Shown here: one piece after another, positions 26,693 through 36,670 of the stretch
How positions within the stretch are numbered: the stretch's first letter is position 1
Layout of the letters: every line of letters starts with the position of its first letter
Program-made: the position numbers and the translations under genes
The notes under the pieces: model-generated
What the model was told of the DNA's origin: nothing
The model's database searches: none
What the model saw: the letters and a program-made list of their open reading frames with translations, nothing else
UHGV virus genome: UHGV-0182861
DNA: 38,350 bases
Direction: 5' to 3' (one strand)
From: a virus

Positions 26693-29107
26693 TTAATACA
26701 GGTTTCGCCACTTATCATCTTCCTGCAAACGCTGGTTCCGACAGAAGATACGCAGGCCTGCTCCTGACGGAATACTGCCACCGCGAAGGAGCAGATCGAC
26801 CTCTTTCTCGCTGCCATCAAATCCTCTTGACTTCAGTTCATAGACGAGCTGCTGTCGCTGATGGTCTGTAATTCGCTGTTTGTAGTCTTTACGCCGTTTC
26901 GGTTTCACCAGGCGTAACCTTGCAGCCAGTTCCCGGCGCTCTTTTTTGCTCATACTGTGCAGGTAATCGTGCAACTCCTTGTCATCCATGCGGGTAATGT
27001 CCGTCCTGGTATCCCCATCAGCTGATTTGTCTTTCCCTTGTTGGTTCAAATTTTCAGCAAGGGGACAGTTATTGCCACGAGTCCAAGGGGCGCAAGCGCC
27101 CTGGTCGGCTGCCGCCTCCTGAACGTCAACGGCCTTACGAACCATTTTCCACTTCACGGCATGAGTGCAGATCTTGCCCTCTGCAATAGGTGACCAGATG
27201 CCATAAATACGAATGCCGTGATCGCCATAGGCGGTCGGCTCTTCGTTGATTTCATAAGCAGTTCTGATGAGGTGATATTTACGGGGAACCAGTACGCCGC
27301 CCTGCTTCATGATGTAGGTGGCAAAACAACCAGCATCAGCAGCAGCCAGGATTGCATCAAGGCGCGGGTTATCCAGTACCGGCGCACCTGCTTTTTTGTC
27401 ACCCTGTTGCCTTGCCGCCTGACCAGCCAGCAATCGCAGTTCACGGTAAGCCTGACGCCCCGGAATGCCAAAGAAGCGGAATTGCTGAACACGATGCAGA
27501 GACGCCCAGGCATTCACGTATTCAGCGTTATCACGCAGGGATTTACCCGTTTCCTTGCTGATCTCGCCAGCCAGACCACGCCCGTCAATGTTCTTACTGA
27601 TATATTTCGCGATGTAGCTTGTCGGCGTTCCTTTGCGCGGGTTAATCAACTCAGACTTAAAGCGTGGTCCCGTGTTATTCCCCAGCTCCTCGCGGTCTTC
27701 ACGAATGGCAAACTTACGCAACAAAGCAGTAATGGCGCGGCGATCTTTTTTGCGCATAAAACACAACAGGTGCCAGTGAACTGTACCGTCATGATGCGGC
27801 TCAGCCACCCGCACGCCATACCAGCGCAATCCGGCTTTGTGCATCGCCTTACGAAATGCAGCAAACATGCCAACCAGATAATCACTGCTTTGTCTTACCG
27901 TCGCATTTGTCCAGGTCGGGTTGGGCCTGCCGTTATTTAGCGTGGAATGGAAACGTGACGGACAGGTGATGGTGTAGAAAACGGCGCAGTCACCGCGCAT
28001 TTCCGCGATAAGCTCCAGGCCTTTAACACAGGCCATCATCTCATTGCGGCGATGCGCAGGGTTGCTGCTGCTGGCGTTTACCACATCCTCCATGTCCAGC
28101 GTGTCGCCGTCTTCGTTCACCAGTTCATGAGAACGGAAAAACTCCAGCGACTTACGGCGCTGCTCACGTTTATGCATCACGGCTTCATAGCTGACATAGG
28201 GAGATGCTTTTTTGCTGACCAGACAGACAGCACGCAACTGCTCTTCCCGCCATTCGCAACGCATCTTCCATAATTTCCGATACCACCAGTCGGCGCACAG
28301 CATACGCGCCAGCGAACCCGGAATGAGTTCATAGGGCACAGGTTTGCGGCGGTTTCTTTTCCGGCGGAGTTGCTCAAACGCAGGCGGTATGACATCCAGT
28401 CGCAGGGTTTCTGCTGCCACCTTTTCCCATGTCTTGCGGATTTCTTCCGGCTTAACATCATCGGAGGCGTACAAATCACCACAAGCGGCATCAAGACACA
28501 TGCTCATATGCGCAGCGACAAGGGTGGACAGGCGTTTCACCTGATCCTGACTCATTTCAGGCAGGCTCAGCAGACCGTCCAGCCCTTCATGGCTTGCCAT
28601 AAAACGAAAAGATGCAGATAGCTGGCTGTCGCGTACATGCTCCAGTCGTTCCAGGCATGGCTTAATCGTCTCACGCAAATAGCGGGAATAAGCCTTTGGC
28701 CTGCCCAGGTTGCTGAAGTATTTAATACGTTGCATCAGCGGCTTGCTGATATGGGAAGGCTGGGCGTTGACATCCGCCAGAATGACCATGTCTGGATTAA
28801 AACGCTGCTGCTCATGCGCCAGCTTTGCCCGGCTAATTAGCTTATCCTGCTCCATTTCGCGCTGGACAGGATCACGGGATTCATTAAAGAAATAACGCTC
28901 CCAGACCTGATCACTCAGTGCCTCGCGGCGCAGTTGTTCCTGCTCGTTATCGGCAGCGTACAGAGTGATCAGGTTTGAAAGCGCAGAAACCGGCGCAACT
29001 TCCGCCGGGTCCAGATAAGGGTTAATGGCCTTTTTCGGGCTGTTCCATGAGAATGCTGCGGCAGCCTCGTTAAAGCCGCAGCAGTTGTTCATATCGGCAT
29101 GGCTCAT
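26693..29107 (-). CDS. A: Replication initiation protein gpA (rolling-circle endonuclease)
   Basis: 804-aa product in the P2/186 A position with an HUH-like motif (VHWHLL) and downstream catalytic tyrosines (YIAKYISK). Confidence 0.9.
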   Translation of the reverse strand: MSHADMNNCCGFNEAAAAFSWNSPKKAINPYLDPAEVAPVSALSNLITLYAADNEQEQLRREALSDQVWERYFFNESRDPVQREMEQDKLISRAKLAHEQQRFNPDMVILADVNAQPSHISKPLMQRIKYFSNLGRPKAYSRYLRETIKPCLERLEHVRDSQLSASFRFMASHEGLDGLLSLPEMSQDQVKRLSTLVAAHMSMCLDAACGDLYASDDVKPEEIRKTWEKVAAETLRLDVIPPAFEQLRRKRNRRKPVPYELIPGSLARMLCADWWYRKLWKMRCEWREEQLRAVCLVSKKASPYVSYEAVMHKREQRRKSLEFFRSHELVNEDGDTLDMEDVVNASSSNPAHRRNEMMACVKGLELIAEMRGDCAVFYTITCPSRFHSTLNNGRPNPTWTNATVRQSSDYLVGMFAAFRKAMHKAGLRWYGVRVAEPHHDGTVHWHLLCFMRKKDRRAITALLRKFAIREDREELGNNTGPRFKSELINPRKGTPTSYIAKYISKNIDGRGLAGEISKETGKSLRDNAEYVNAWASLHRVQQFRFFGIPGRQAYRELRLLAGQAARQQGDKKAGAPVLDNPRLDAILAAADAGCFATYIMKQGGVLVPRKYHLIRTAYEINEEPTAYGDHGIRIYGIWSPIAEGKICTHAVKWKMVRKAVDVQEAAADQGACAPWTRGNNCPLAENLNQQGKDKSADGDTRTDITRMDDKELHDYLHSMSKKERRELAARLRLVKPKRRKDYKQRITDHQRQQLVYELKSRGFDGSEKEVDLLLRGGSIPSGAGLRIFCRNQRLQEDDKWRNLY

Positions 29108-29961
29108 GCACGTACTCCGTACACGGCAGAACTGTCCACGCCACGCGAATAATCAAATCCCACCCAGCAGCGCGGCCCGGAAACAGCAATGATTTCTGTT
29201 GCTGATTTACCCTCTCCAGCTGCCACACCGATGTTGCGTTTTGCCTTGATGTAGTGGTGAGTAAAATTGCGATACAGCGAACGGATCAGGGATGTGTCAC
29301 TGTTAGAAACAATGACCGGATGTCCTTCTGATGACCGATGTTCAAGAACGGATGCCAGGTGATACTGGTCATCTTCAGTGAAGCCGTCAGTGTGATAACC
29401 GGAAAACGTGCCGTCATACGGCGGATCGCAATACACCACATCCCCCGCCTTCAACATCGCCAGCGTTTCATCAAAGCTGGCGCAGATAAACGTTGCCCGC
29501 TGGGCTTTTTCTGCAAATGCGCGAATTTCTTTTTCAGGGAAATACGGATTTTTATAATTACCGTAGGGAATGTTGAAATGCCCGCTCTTGTTATAGCGAC
29601 ATAAACCACGGTAACCGTGACGATTGAGATACAGGAAATATACCGCTTTCATGAAATCAGTAATTTCAGTGGAGTAATTAAACTCCTGCCTTATGTTGTA
29701 ATAAGCCACCTCCCTGTTTGCGATCTCAAATAAAACTCTGGCGCGAGATATAAACGATTCACAATCAGCGGCAACCTTTTTATAGAGGTTGATTAAATCA
29801 GGATTAATATCCGCAACCAGATAGCTGGGGTAATCCGTCTCCATCATCACAGCACAGGAACCCGCGAAAGGTTCAACCAGTCGCGGGCCAGCAGGAAGGT
29901 GTTTTTTCAGTTCGGACATAATGGCGGTTTTATTTCCCGCCCATTTCAGGATGGTGCTCAT
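29104..29961 (-). CDS. dam: DNA adenine methyltransferase (Dam family)
   Basis: Trimmed to [11 protein letters not shown]; contains the DPPY catalytic motif and FAGSCAV SAM-binding motif; start overlaps upstream stop (ATGA). Confidence 0.85.
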   Translation of the reverse strand: MSTILKWAGNKTAIMSELKKHLPAGPRLVEPFAGSCAVMMETDYPSYLVADINPDLINLYKKVAADCESFISRARVLFEIANREVAYYNIRQEFNYSTEITDFMKAVYFLYLNRHGYRGLCRYNKSGHFNIPYGNYKNPYFPEKEIRAFAEKAQRATFICASFDETLAMLKAGDVVYCDPPYDGTFSGYHTDGFTEDDQYHLASVLEHRSSEGHPVIVSNSDTSLIRSLYRNFTHHYIKAKRNIGVAAGEGKSATEIIAVSGPRCWVGFDYSRGVDSSAVYGVRA

Positions 29962-30185
29962 ACAGCACCTCCGTTGTAATGTTTGCCTTTCAGCTCTGCG
30001 ATTTCCTGACAGGTAATGCAAAGCTGCACACCTGGAATGGCGCGGCGGCGTGCTGGCGGAATTGGCGCTTCACACTCAATGCAAAGCACGCGGGACACGC
30101 CCGGCGTTTTGGCACGGGCAGCACGAATATGGCGCTGGCGTTCTTCTTCAACGCGCTGCTGTACAAGATCCATTGCATCAGCCAT
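29958..30185 (-). CDS. C4 zinc-finger protein (TraR/DksA family)
   Basis: 75 aa with CIECEAPIPPARRRAIPGVQLCITCQ four-Cys motif. Confidence 0.75.
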   Translation of the reverse strand: MADAMDLVQQRVEEERQRHIRAARAKTPGVSRVLCIECEAPIPPARRRAIPGVQLCITCQEIAELKGKHYNGGAV

Positions 30186-30424
30186 TAGTGGATCTCCTGC
30201 GCTTCGTTCTGGATTGCTTCAGCAGTTACACGCAGTAGTTCTGCTGCTTCGACGTGGTTTAGCTGGCGGGATGTGATATGACACGCCAGGCTATCAAGGC
30301 GAGCTGCCATTGCTTCAGCCCTTGCCCGGCGTTCTTCCAGACGAGCCTCTGTCAGTAAAATATTAAGCCCTGCATCATCCGGTCCGGTTTTAGTCGTGAG
30401 GGTTTCAATATTACGCATAATCAA
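30185..30424 (-). CDS. Hypothetical early protein (79 aa)
   Basis: ORF in the early operon between CII and A; no recognised motif. Confidence 0.5.
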   Translation of the reverse strand: MIMRNIETLTTKTGPDDAGLNILLTEARLEERRARAEAMAARLDSLACHITSRQLNHVEAAELLRVTAEAIQNEAQEIH

Positions 30425-30485
30425 TTCTCCTGAATTTAGATAAAGGGATACCCGGCGGGTTTACGCCATTAATTTCATTAGTTGG

Positions 30486-30827
30486 TTAATTCGGCATGGT
30501 TAGCCGTCTGGGAAATAAGCTCACCACTGCACGAAAATGATTCATTGCTTTAATCAACTCCCGCTTTTCGTCAGTGGTCAGCTCATTAATGCTGATGCTA
30601 TGACGTTCAGCTGGAATTTTTGCCATAAAGAATATAGCAGCCAGTGCCCGTTTATTTTGTTCGTTATTGATATCCCGTGGATCACGCATATCTTTAATAA
30701 ACCGCTCAAGCTCTGACTCAATATTCAGGCCAAATACTTTCGCCCTTAACTCCGCAATATGGTTAAGTCCATTCAGGCGTTCACCGGGGCTTAATGGAAC
30801 AGTCGCCGCAGCGCCTTCAATAGCCAT
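30486..30827 (-). CDS. Hypothetical early protein (113 aa)
   Basis: ORF in the early operon; no recognised motif. Confidence 0.5.
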   Translation of the reverse strand: MAIEGAAATVPLSPGERLNGLNHIAELRAKVFGLNIESELERFIKDMRDPRDINNEQNKRALAAIFFMAKIPAERHSISINELTTDEKRELIKAMNHFRAVVSLFPRRLTMPN

Positions 30828-31021
30828 TTGTTCCCCCGTTTTTTCGTAGATAGTTCTGCCAGCAATTCATCTTGTGAACGGCACGGATGCCAGCGTTTAC
30901 CATCCTCCCCCATGATCCAGCCGTGACCGTAGTGCATTGCCGGGCTTTGTTTTACCAGCAGCGATGCAAATGATGGTTCTTTCGTCAGCATAAGCACCTC
31001 ACAGCAAACCGAATGACGCAC
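30791..31021 (-). CDS. Hypothetical early protein (76 aa)
   Basis: ORF overlapping the CII 3' end; start uncertain. Confidence 0.35.
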   Translation of the reverse strand: MRHSVCCEVLMLTKEPSFASLLVKQSPAMHYGHGWIMGEDGKRWHPCRSQDELLAELSTKKRGNKWLLKALRRLFH

Positions 31022-31508
31022 CGAGGCCAGTTACAGTATCAACTGCACTTGCCATCGCAGGATTAGCCTGTAAACGGGCCTGCAATGAAACAGCCGCCAG
31101 CGCCATCAGTCGTGTTACAGAGTTAATGCTGCTGATAGCATCACGACGACCTGCACTGGTTTTTACATCGCCAGATACCGCACCTGCAGCAACACGCCCG
31201 ATCTCTGCAGTTGCACTCATGACGTAATGCGGCAGTTTCTCTTTTGCCACCTCATTAATCGGAACACATGGCAGACAATGAATCTGTGCCAGAAAACCGT
31301 CTACCAACGTTGAATCTTCAGTCAGATCGGTAAGCAACCAGATTTCTGGTGCGGTGAGCTGATGCGGTTGATCTGGATTGAGTTTGTTTCGCAGTGTCTG
31401 AACATTCATTCCTGCACGTTCTGCCAGCTTTGCCATATTGTGACGTAGTGCAAAAGCTCTACAGGCTTCATCAAAATGCGGATGTTTGGAAATCTTGTAA
31501 TCAAACAT
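30999..31508 (-). CDS. cII: CII-like lysogeny-establishment activator (186 type)
   Basis: 169 aa; MFDYKISKHPHFDEACRAFALRHNMAKLAERAGMNVQTLRNKLNP... closely matches recalled 186 CII. Confidence 0.85.
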   Translation of the reverse strand: MFDYKISKHPHFDEACRAFALRHNMAKLAERAGMNVQTLRNKLNPDQPHQLTAPEIWLLTDLTEDSTLVDGFLAQIHCLPCVPINEVAKEKLPHYVMSATAEIGRVAAGAVSGDVKTSAGRRDAISSINSVTRLMALAAVSLQARLQANPAMASAVDTVTGLGASFGLL

Positions 31509-31540
31509 GCTGCCCCCTTAGAAAGTTCTCATAATTGAAC

Positions 31541-31789
31541 TTAGTCACCAACGATGACATTAAAGTTGAAATTGGATTGGCCCATGTTTTTCCTGACTTG
31601 TTCCTTTTTGTACTCAAGGTAACGTATACATACTCTGTCTTTCGGTTTTTCTTTTCTTTCCAAGAAGTTAGCGAGTTTACCATTATGAATCATTTGATAT
31701 ACCGAACCGCGAGAGCGGCCTTCCCATTCCGCGAACTCAGCTGGTGTCGCCATCACTTTTGGTACACGAATTGAAATGTCGTTGCTCAT
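31541..31789 (-). CDS. apl: Apl/Cox-like excisionase and transcriptional regulator
   Basis: 82-aa HTH protein, first gene of the lytic operon, divergent from cI. Confidence 0.7.
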   Translation of the reverse strand: MSNDISIRVPKVMATPAEFAEWEGRSRGSVYQMIHNGKLANFLERKEKPKDRVCIRYLEYKKEQVRKNMGQSNFNFNVIVGD

Positions 31790-31842
31790 AGTGCAGTATC
31801 TCTCGATTAAGGTTTGGTTTACGTCGTTTTATCTTGTTTTAT

Positions 31843-31917
31843 TTGATTCAATATTTGATACACCAAGATACTACGATCCAATATTTGATACGTCAACAGG
31901 ATTGAAAAATGATACAA
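31843..31917. promoter_or_regulatory. Immunity switch region with repeated TTTGATAC-type operator motifs
   Basis: tttgattca, caatatttgataca, caatatttgatacg and aatgatacaag within the apl-cI intergenic region at roughly 25-30 bp spacing. Confidence 0.5.
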
Positions 31918-32541
31918 GTAAAAGCTGGCGAGAATACAGGGGGAAGAGAGGCTATCCATAGGCTAATGGCAGCCTATGATTTCAAGTCCAGACAGCAACT
32001 TTGCGATCACTTGGGCGCATCAAAAAGCACTATGGCAAACAGATACTTAAGAGATAGTTTTCCTGCAGAATGGGTGATTCAGTGCGCTTTGGAAACAGGA
32101 GTTTCTTTACTGTGGCTAACTACCGGACAGGGCGATCCAGGTTCAAACATTGACCCTAAAAAAAATATCAATTCCGTGAACTCTAGCAAAGTTAAACCTC
32201 TTTCGGAGCTTGTATCTCCTGAAATTGACAAGGCAACTCTCAACGGAGGTTTGCTGATCGATGCTGGAAAAGCAATCATTGATAGCAGCATACTCCCCTC
32301 AGACTCAAGCAACCTGCTGCTGGTGACTACTTCTGGTGATTCTTATTTAATAGATCGCAACCAAACACCACCAGTAAATGGTACGTGGTTAGTGGACATC
32401 GACGGGATAAAAAGCATTGTAAAATTGACACGACTCCCGGGAAACAGATTAGTAGTGCATCAGGATGATTCATCGTTTGAGTGCGAACTGGATGACATTG
32501 AGGTAATAGGCCGCGCACTGAAAATCATTAAGAGCCTTTGA
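31909..32541 (+). CDS. cI: CI immunity repressor (186 type)
   Basis: 210 aa; CALETGVSLLWLTTGQG and WLVDIDGIKSIVKLTRLPGNRL...FECELDDIEVIG align with recalled 186 CI. Confidence 0.85.
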   Translation: MIQVKAGENTGGREAIHRLMAAYDFKSRQQLCDHLGASKSTMANRYLRDSFPAEWVIQCALETGVSLLWLTTGQGDPGSNIDPKKNINSVNSSKVKPLSELVSPEIDKATLNGGLLIDAGKAIIDSSILPSDSSNLLLVTTSGDSYLIDRNQTPPVNGTWLVDIDGIKSIVKLTRLPGNRLVVHQDDSSFECELDDIEVIGRALKIIKSL

Positions 32542-32542
32542 T

Positions 32543-33556
32543 ATGACCATCAGAAAACAGCCGAACGGAAAGTGGTTATGTGAATGCTACCCAAACGGGC
32601 GAGATGGCAAACGCGTACGCAAACAATTTGCGACGAAAGGCGAAGCCATTGCGTTTGAGAATTTCACCATGGACGAGGTAAACAAGAAACCTTGGCTGGG
32701 AGAAAAGGAAGATCGGCGACACCTATCAGAATTAATTGAGCTGTGGTATTCCCTGTATGGTCAAACACTCGCAGACCCCAAGCGACTCATGGCGAAACTT
32801 GGAATTATCTGTAATGGTCTGGGCGATCCCATCGCTTCAGAGCTGACTGCCGGTGACTTTACGAAATACCGCGAAGCACGGCTAAAAGGTGAAGTGCGAA
32901 ATGAAGATGGCACGCTGATGTCGCCCGTTAAGCCCCGCACGGTAAACCTTGAACAGCGCAATCTATCATCTGTGTTCGGTACATTAAAAAAACTAGGACA
33001 CTGGTCAGCACCAAACCCGCTGGCAGGACTTCCGACCTTCAAAATTGCCGAAGGTGAGCTGGCTTTTCTTTCCACGGACGAAATCAAGCGCCTGTTGGCG
33101 GCATGTGCTGAATCTCAAAGCCCTAGCTTACTAATGATTGCAAAAATATGCCTGGCTACTGGCGCACGGTGGAGTGAAGCCGAAAATCTGCAGGGCCATC
33201 AAATATCGAAATACCGAATTACTTATACAAAAACAAAAGGCAAGAAAAACCGTACTGTGCCGATATCTCAGGATCTGTATGATGAACTCCCCAAAAACAG
33301 AGGAAAGTTATTCACGCCATGCAGAAAAGCCTTTGAGCGGGCAGTAAAGCGGGCCGGTATTGACCTACCGGAGGGCCAATGCACCCACGTGCTTCGCCAT
33401 ACATTCGCCAGTCACTTTATGATGAACGGCGGAAACATACTGGTACTGCGTGATATTTTGGGTCATGCCGATATAAAAATGACCATGATTTACGCCCACT
33501 TTTCGCCCGATCACCTTGAAGACGCGGTGACTAAAAATCCTCTTTATAATTTGTAG
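32543..33556 (+). CDS. int: Tyrosine integrase (P2/186 Int family)
   Basis: 337 aa with C-terminal catalytic motifs (R...HVLRHTFASHFMMNGG...LGHADIKMTMIYAHF) directly downstream of cI. Confidence 0.9.
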   Translation: MTIRKQPNGKWLCECYPNGRDGKRVRKQFATKGEAIAFENFTMDEVNKKPWLGEKEDRRHLSELIELWYSLYGQTLADPKRLMAKLGIICNGLGDPIASELTAGDFTKYREARLKGEVRNEDGTLMSPVKPRTVNLEQRNLSSVFGTLKKLGHWSAPNPLAGLPTFKIAEGELAFLSTDEIKRLLAACAESQSPSLLMIAKICLATGARWSEAENLQGHQISKYRITYTKTKGKKNRTVPISQDLYDELPKNRGKLFTPCRKAFERAVKRAGIDLPEGQCTHVLRHTFASHFMMNGGNILVLRDILGHADIKMTMIYAHFSPDHLEDAVTKNPLYNL

Positions 33557-33568
33557 TGGAGACCTATT

Positions 33569-35089
33569 GTGATTCAAAAATTAGATATTCAATCTGATGC
33601 GGTTGCAAAGTTAAGAATGGATGCTATTCGTTCAGAAATCCAAGGTTATTCCCCTGATTTATTTATCGAATTCTGTATGCAATATAACTTACAAAAATTT
33701 GAAGATAATATCCACATGTTACGACACATGCCTTGGATTGTTAATTTATGTCTAAAGTGGTCTGCGTCAGTAACTGGCAAGAATAAAAAATTCAAAATCC
33801 TCGATAAAAATCAAGCAATAAAACTCTTCCAAAAAACTTATGAAACCTTGAACATTATTCCTATCGGTCTTGAGAGGAAGAATGGCATGCATTTCTTCAT
33901 TAGAAATAATCTATACCAACAAGGAATCTACCAGAAAATTGACGCTCTAAACACAATTAGCAGACAAGTCTTTCTATTTTCAGAACTTGAAAAAAACCAT
34001 AAAATAAAGACAAGTTTTTTTACTATCACGAATGTATCTATCGAAGACTTTCTTAAGCTATCTTACATATTAATAACTCACATAACAGAAGAGCATCCCG
34101 TGAGAAAAATGAATGTAGATACATTTACTATATTATTTGACATCATTCCTAGAAATACCATTGAGAAATTTCTTGATGCAATATCAATAAATTACAATGA
34201 ACTATCTACATTTTGCAAATCAAAAACCTATGATAAACCTTTGCTTGAATACTACTCATCATCACCTTTTCTTGAAAAACCATTAATAAAAAAAGGTTCA
34301 GAGTATTTTCAGATACACACACAACTGACTTCAACAAGCATACAGACGTTCATATATGATCTTTTAAGAAGAACTGATGCCGAGAAGTTCATGGATAGCT
34401 TTGGAAATGTATTTGAAAATGCACTGGAATTAATACTAAAAGAAAGCGAAATTGATTTTCATAACGAAAAACACCTTAAAGAACGACTACCTAAAGATAA
34501 TAAAGTAGTTGATTATTTCATTCCACATACTGAGGCAAATATTTTCATTGATGCTAAAGGCGTTGAGATACACCAAAAAGGCATGGTAACATTACGCCCT
34601 GAGGATATTGCAGGAAAAATAAAGAAATCGGTATTAAAAGCAATCGAACAATCTCACGAAGTTAATCGAGAAATATACTCTAATGAGCGAATAATAGCTC
34701 CATTCAGGGCTAACTCATATATCATTTGCATTACATATAAAAACCTTTTCTTAGGCAATGGTAGTATCCTAGCTAATACTTATGCTAAAGATGAGATGAA
34801 TAAGATATATGACAAGTTTAAACATAACTATCATATCCCTACAGAGAATATTTTTTGTCTATCATTTGAAGAGTTTGAATATCTCATTGCATCATGCAAA
34901 AGGTTTAAAATTCCGCCTCATGAAGTCTTGCAATCTGCAGTTGAAAAGAACAAAAAACCATCAAGTGCTGCTTTCCTATTTTCCCACCATATAGAAGACT
35001 ATTTTGATAGAGTAGTCAATTCAGTCATAGTCAATGAGGCAGGCATTAAAATGGTAGATTCTATTATCAATAAATTAAAGCCTGAATAA
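33569..35089 (+). CDS. Orphan 506-aa protein, AT-rich; possible PD-(D/E)xK nuclease-like motif
   Basis: GTG start 12 nt after int stop with SD GGAG; about 30% GC; segment VVDYFIPHTEANIFIDAKGVE fits a D...(D/E)xK pattern by eye; no other recognised motif. Confidence 0.55.
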   Translation: MIQKLDIQSDAVAKLRMDAIRSEIQGYSPDLFIEFCMQYNLQKFEDNIHMLRHMPWIVNLCLKWSASVTGKNKKFKILDKNQAIKLFQKTYETLNIIPIGLERKNGMHFFIRNNLYQQGIYQKIDALNTISRQVFLFSELEKNHKIKTSFFTITNVSIEDFLKLSYILITHITEEHPVRKMNVDTFTILFDIIPRNTIEKFLDAISINYNELSTFCKSKTYDKPLLEYYSSSPFLEKPLIKKGSEYFQIHTQLTSTSIQTFIYDLLRRTDAEKFMDSFGNVFENALELILKESEIDFHNEKHLKERLPKDNKVVDYFIPHTEANIFIDAKGVEIHQKGMVTLRPEDIAGKIKKSVLKAIEQSHEVNREIYSNERIIAPFRANSYIICITYKNLFLGNGSILANTYAKDEMNKIYDKFKHNYHIPTENIFCLSFEEFEYLIASCKRFKIPPHEVLQSAVEKNKKPSSAAFLFSHHIEDYFDRVVNSVIVNEAGIKMVDSIINKLKPE

Positions 35090-35105
35090 GTCTCCCAAGC
35101 AAAAC

Positions 35106-35127
35106 CAGTGGCGGCATTTTGGCGGCA
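35106..35127. promoter_or_regulatory. Candidate integrase arm-type site (tandem TGGCGGCA half-sites), right arm
   Basis: agTGGCGGCAttttGGCGGCAg, about 95 bp inside the right att copy; counterpart at 282..303. Confidence 0.3.
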
Positions 35128-35221
35128 GAGCATTAAAAATGCGTAAAACAGACAAACACAAAATAATACTAACACACTGATTTTAAACATAAGTTCATGT
35201 TTTTGTTATAGTAAAAATGGT

Positions 35222-35268
35222 ATGTAGGAATTTCGGACGCGGGTTCAACTCCCGCCAGCTCCACCAAA
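35222..35268. repeat. att core direct repeat, copy 2 (displaced ssrA 3' end; attR of prophage, junction with next island)
   Basis: Identical 47-nt copy of 191..237. Confidence 0.85.
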
Positions 35269-35300
35269 CATTGATGTACTGAAGTTCAGTGAAGTCTTCT

Positions 35301-35336
35301 AAGCCCGCATGGCACAAGCTATGCGGGCTTTTTTAC
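35301..35336 (+). terminator. Rho-independent terminator after the displaced ssrA 3' end
   Basis: agcccgcat / atgcgggct stem with 10-nt loop followed by tttttt. Confidence 0.6.
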
Positions 35337-35431
35337 GTCTATTGTCGTCTAGTGAGAATTGCTGAGAATCACGAGTTATGGCACCCTGAATGGGACCCAA
35401 GACAAAGGGTCCAAAAATCGAGGGTCCCAAA

Positions 35432-36661
35432 ATGGCAAAGATCGCGAAGAAACTCACCGACACAGAAATCAAAAACACCAAGCCAGCAGACAAAGAAGTC
35501 AACTTGTTTGACGGGGATGGCTTGATTCTACGAATCTCTCCCCTCTCAACAGGTGGGAAAAAAAATTGGTATTTCAGGTATTCAGTGCCAGTGAGCAAGA
35601 AAAGAACCAAGATGAGCCTTGGGACCTACCCTCACCTTACCCTGGCAAGAGCAAGAGCCTTGCGTGATGAATACCTCTCCTTGCTTGCGAATGGCACGGA
35701 CCCTCAAGTCCATAACAACGATAAAGCTAATGCATTAAAGAATGCCACAGAACACATATTACAAGCCGTGGCGAGAAAATGGTTGGATGAGAAGGTAAAG
35801 ACCTCTGGCATCTCACAAGACCATGCAGAAGACATCTGGCGGAGCCTTGAACGAAATATTTTCCCCGGTCTGGGTAATGTGCCAATCAATGAGATCCGTC
35901 CCAAGCTCTTAAAGCAGCATCTTGATCCAATTGAACAACGAGGAGTACTGGAAACTTTGCGGCGGCTAATTTCCAGGTTGAATGAAATCTTCCGTTGGGC
36001 GGCTACAGAAGAGCTGATTGAATTTAACCCCGCAGATAATCTAGGCCAACGTTTCAGTAGGCCTAAAAAACAGAATATGCCTGCCTTACCCCCCTCTGAA
36101 CTCCCTCGTTTTCTGGCAGCACTGAACAATGCTTCTGTCCGTTTAGAAACAAGACTATTGATTGAATGGCAACTTCTCACATGGGTTCGCCCTGGTGAAG
36201 CAGTCCGCGCAAGATGGTCTGATATAGATATGGATAACAGCATGTGGAACATCCCGGCTGAATTTATGAAGATGAAAAAACCTCATAAGGTCCCATTAAG
36301 CAAAGAATCTCTTCGGATACTCAAGTCTATGGAATCAATCAGTGGGCACCGAGAGTGGGTATTTCCCAGCATAAAGGCTCCCTTAAATCATATGCATGAA
36401 CAAACAGCCAATGCAGCAATTATCCGTATGGGCTTTGGAGGTGAACTTGTTGCCCACGGAATGCGATCTATTGCAAGAACGGCAGCGGAAGAGTCAGGTA
36501 AGTTCAGGACAGATGCCCTTGAAGCGGCCCTTGCCCACTCAAAAAAAGACGAAATTATCGCTGCATATAATCGTGCGGAATATATTACCGAACGAGTAGC
36601 TCTCATGCAGTGGTGGGGAGATTATGTCCTGGCACAACAGCTTAAAATTTTTGCTGCTTAA
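35432..36661 (+). CDS. Tyrosine integrase, P4/CP4-57 IntA type
   Basis: Trimmed to MAKIAKKLTDTEIKNTKPADKEVNLFDGDGLILRI (typical P4-family N-terminus) with SD GAGGG; C-terminal catalytic region HGMRSIARTAA...LAHS...AYNRAEY. Confidence 0.85.
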   Translation: MAKIAKKLTDTEIKNTKPADKEVNLFDGDGLILRISPLSTGGKKNWYFRYSVPVSKKRTKMSLGTYPHLTLARARALRDEYLSLLANGTDPQVHNNDKANALKNATEHILQAVARKWLDEKVKTSGISQDHAEDIWRSLERNIFPGLGNVPINEIRPKLLKQHLDPIEQRGVLETLRRLISRLNEIFRWAATEELIEFNPADNLGQRFSRPKKQNMPALPPSELPRFLAALNNASVRLETRLLIEWQLLTWVRPGEAVRARWSDIDMDNSMWNIPAEFMKMKKPHKVPLSKESLRILKSMESISGHREWVFPSIKAPLNHMHEQTANAAIIRMGFGGELVAHGMRSIARTAAEESGKFRTDALEAALAHSKKDEIIAAYNRAEYITERVALMQWWGDYVLAQQLKIFAA

Positions 36662-36670
36662 ATGGACGAA

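Larger units (their letters stand above)
238..35221. mobile_element. P2/186-like temperate prophage integrated in ssrA (about 35 kb, with cargo genes at both ends and near cos)
   Basis: Bounded by the 47-bp ssrA direct repeats; contains a complete P2-order structural, lysis, packaging, replication and lysogeny gene set plus a tyrosine integrase. Confidence 0.85.

Noticed and set aside
30791-31021. Confident functional call (for example Fil-like) for the 76-aa early ORF
   Set aside because: No alignment I can actually recall; kept as hypothetical with low confidence.
35704-36252. 182-aa minus-strand ORF inside the P4-type integrase
   Set aside because: Antisense to an integrase with recognisable N- and C-terminal motifs.
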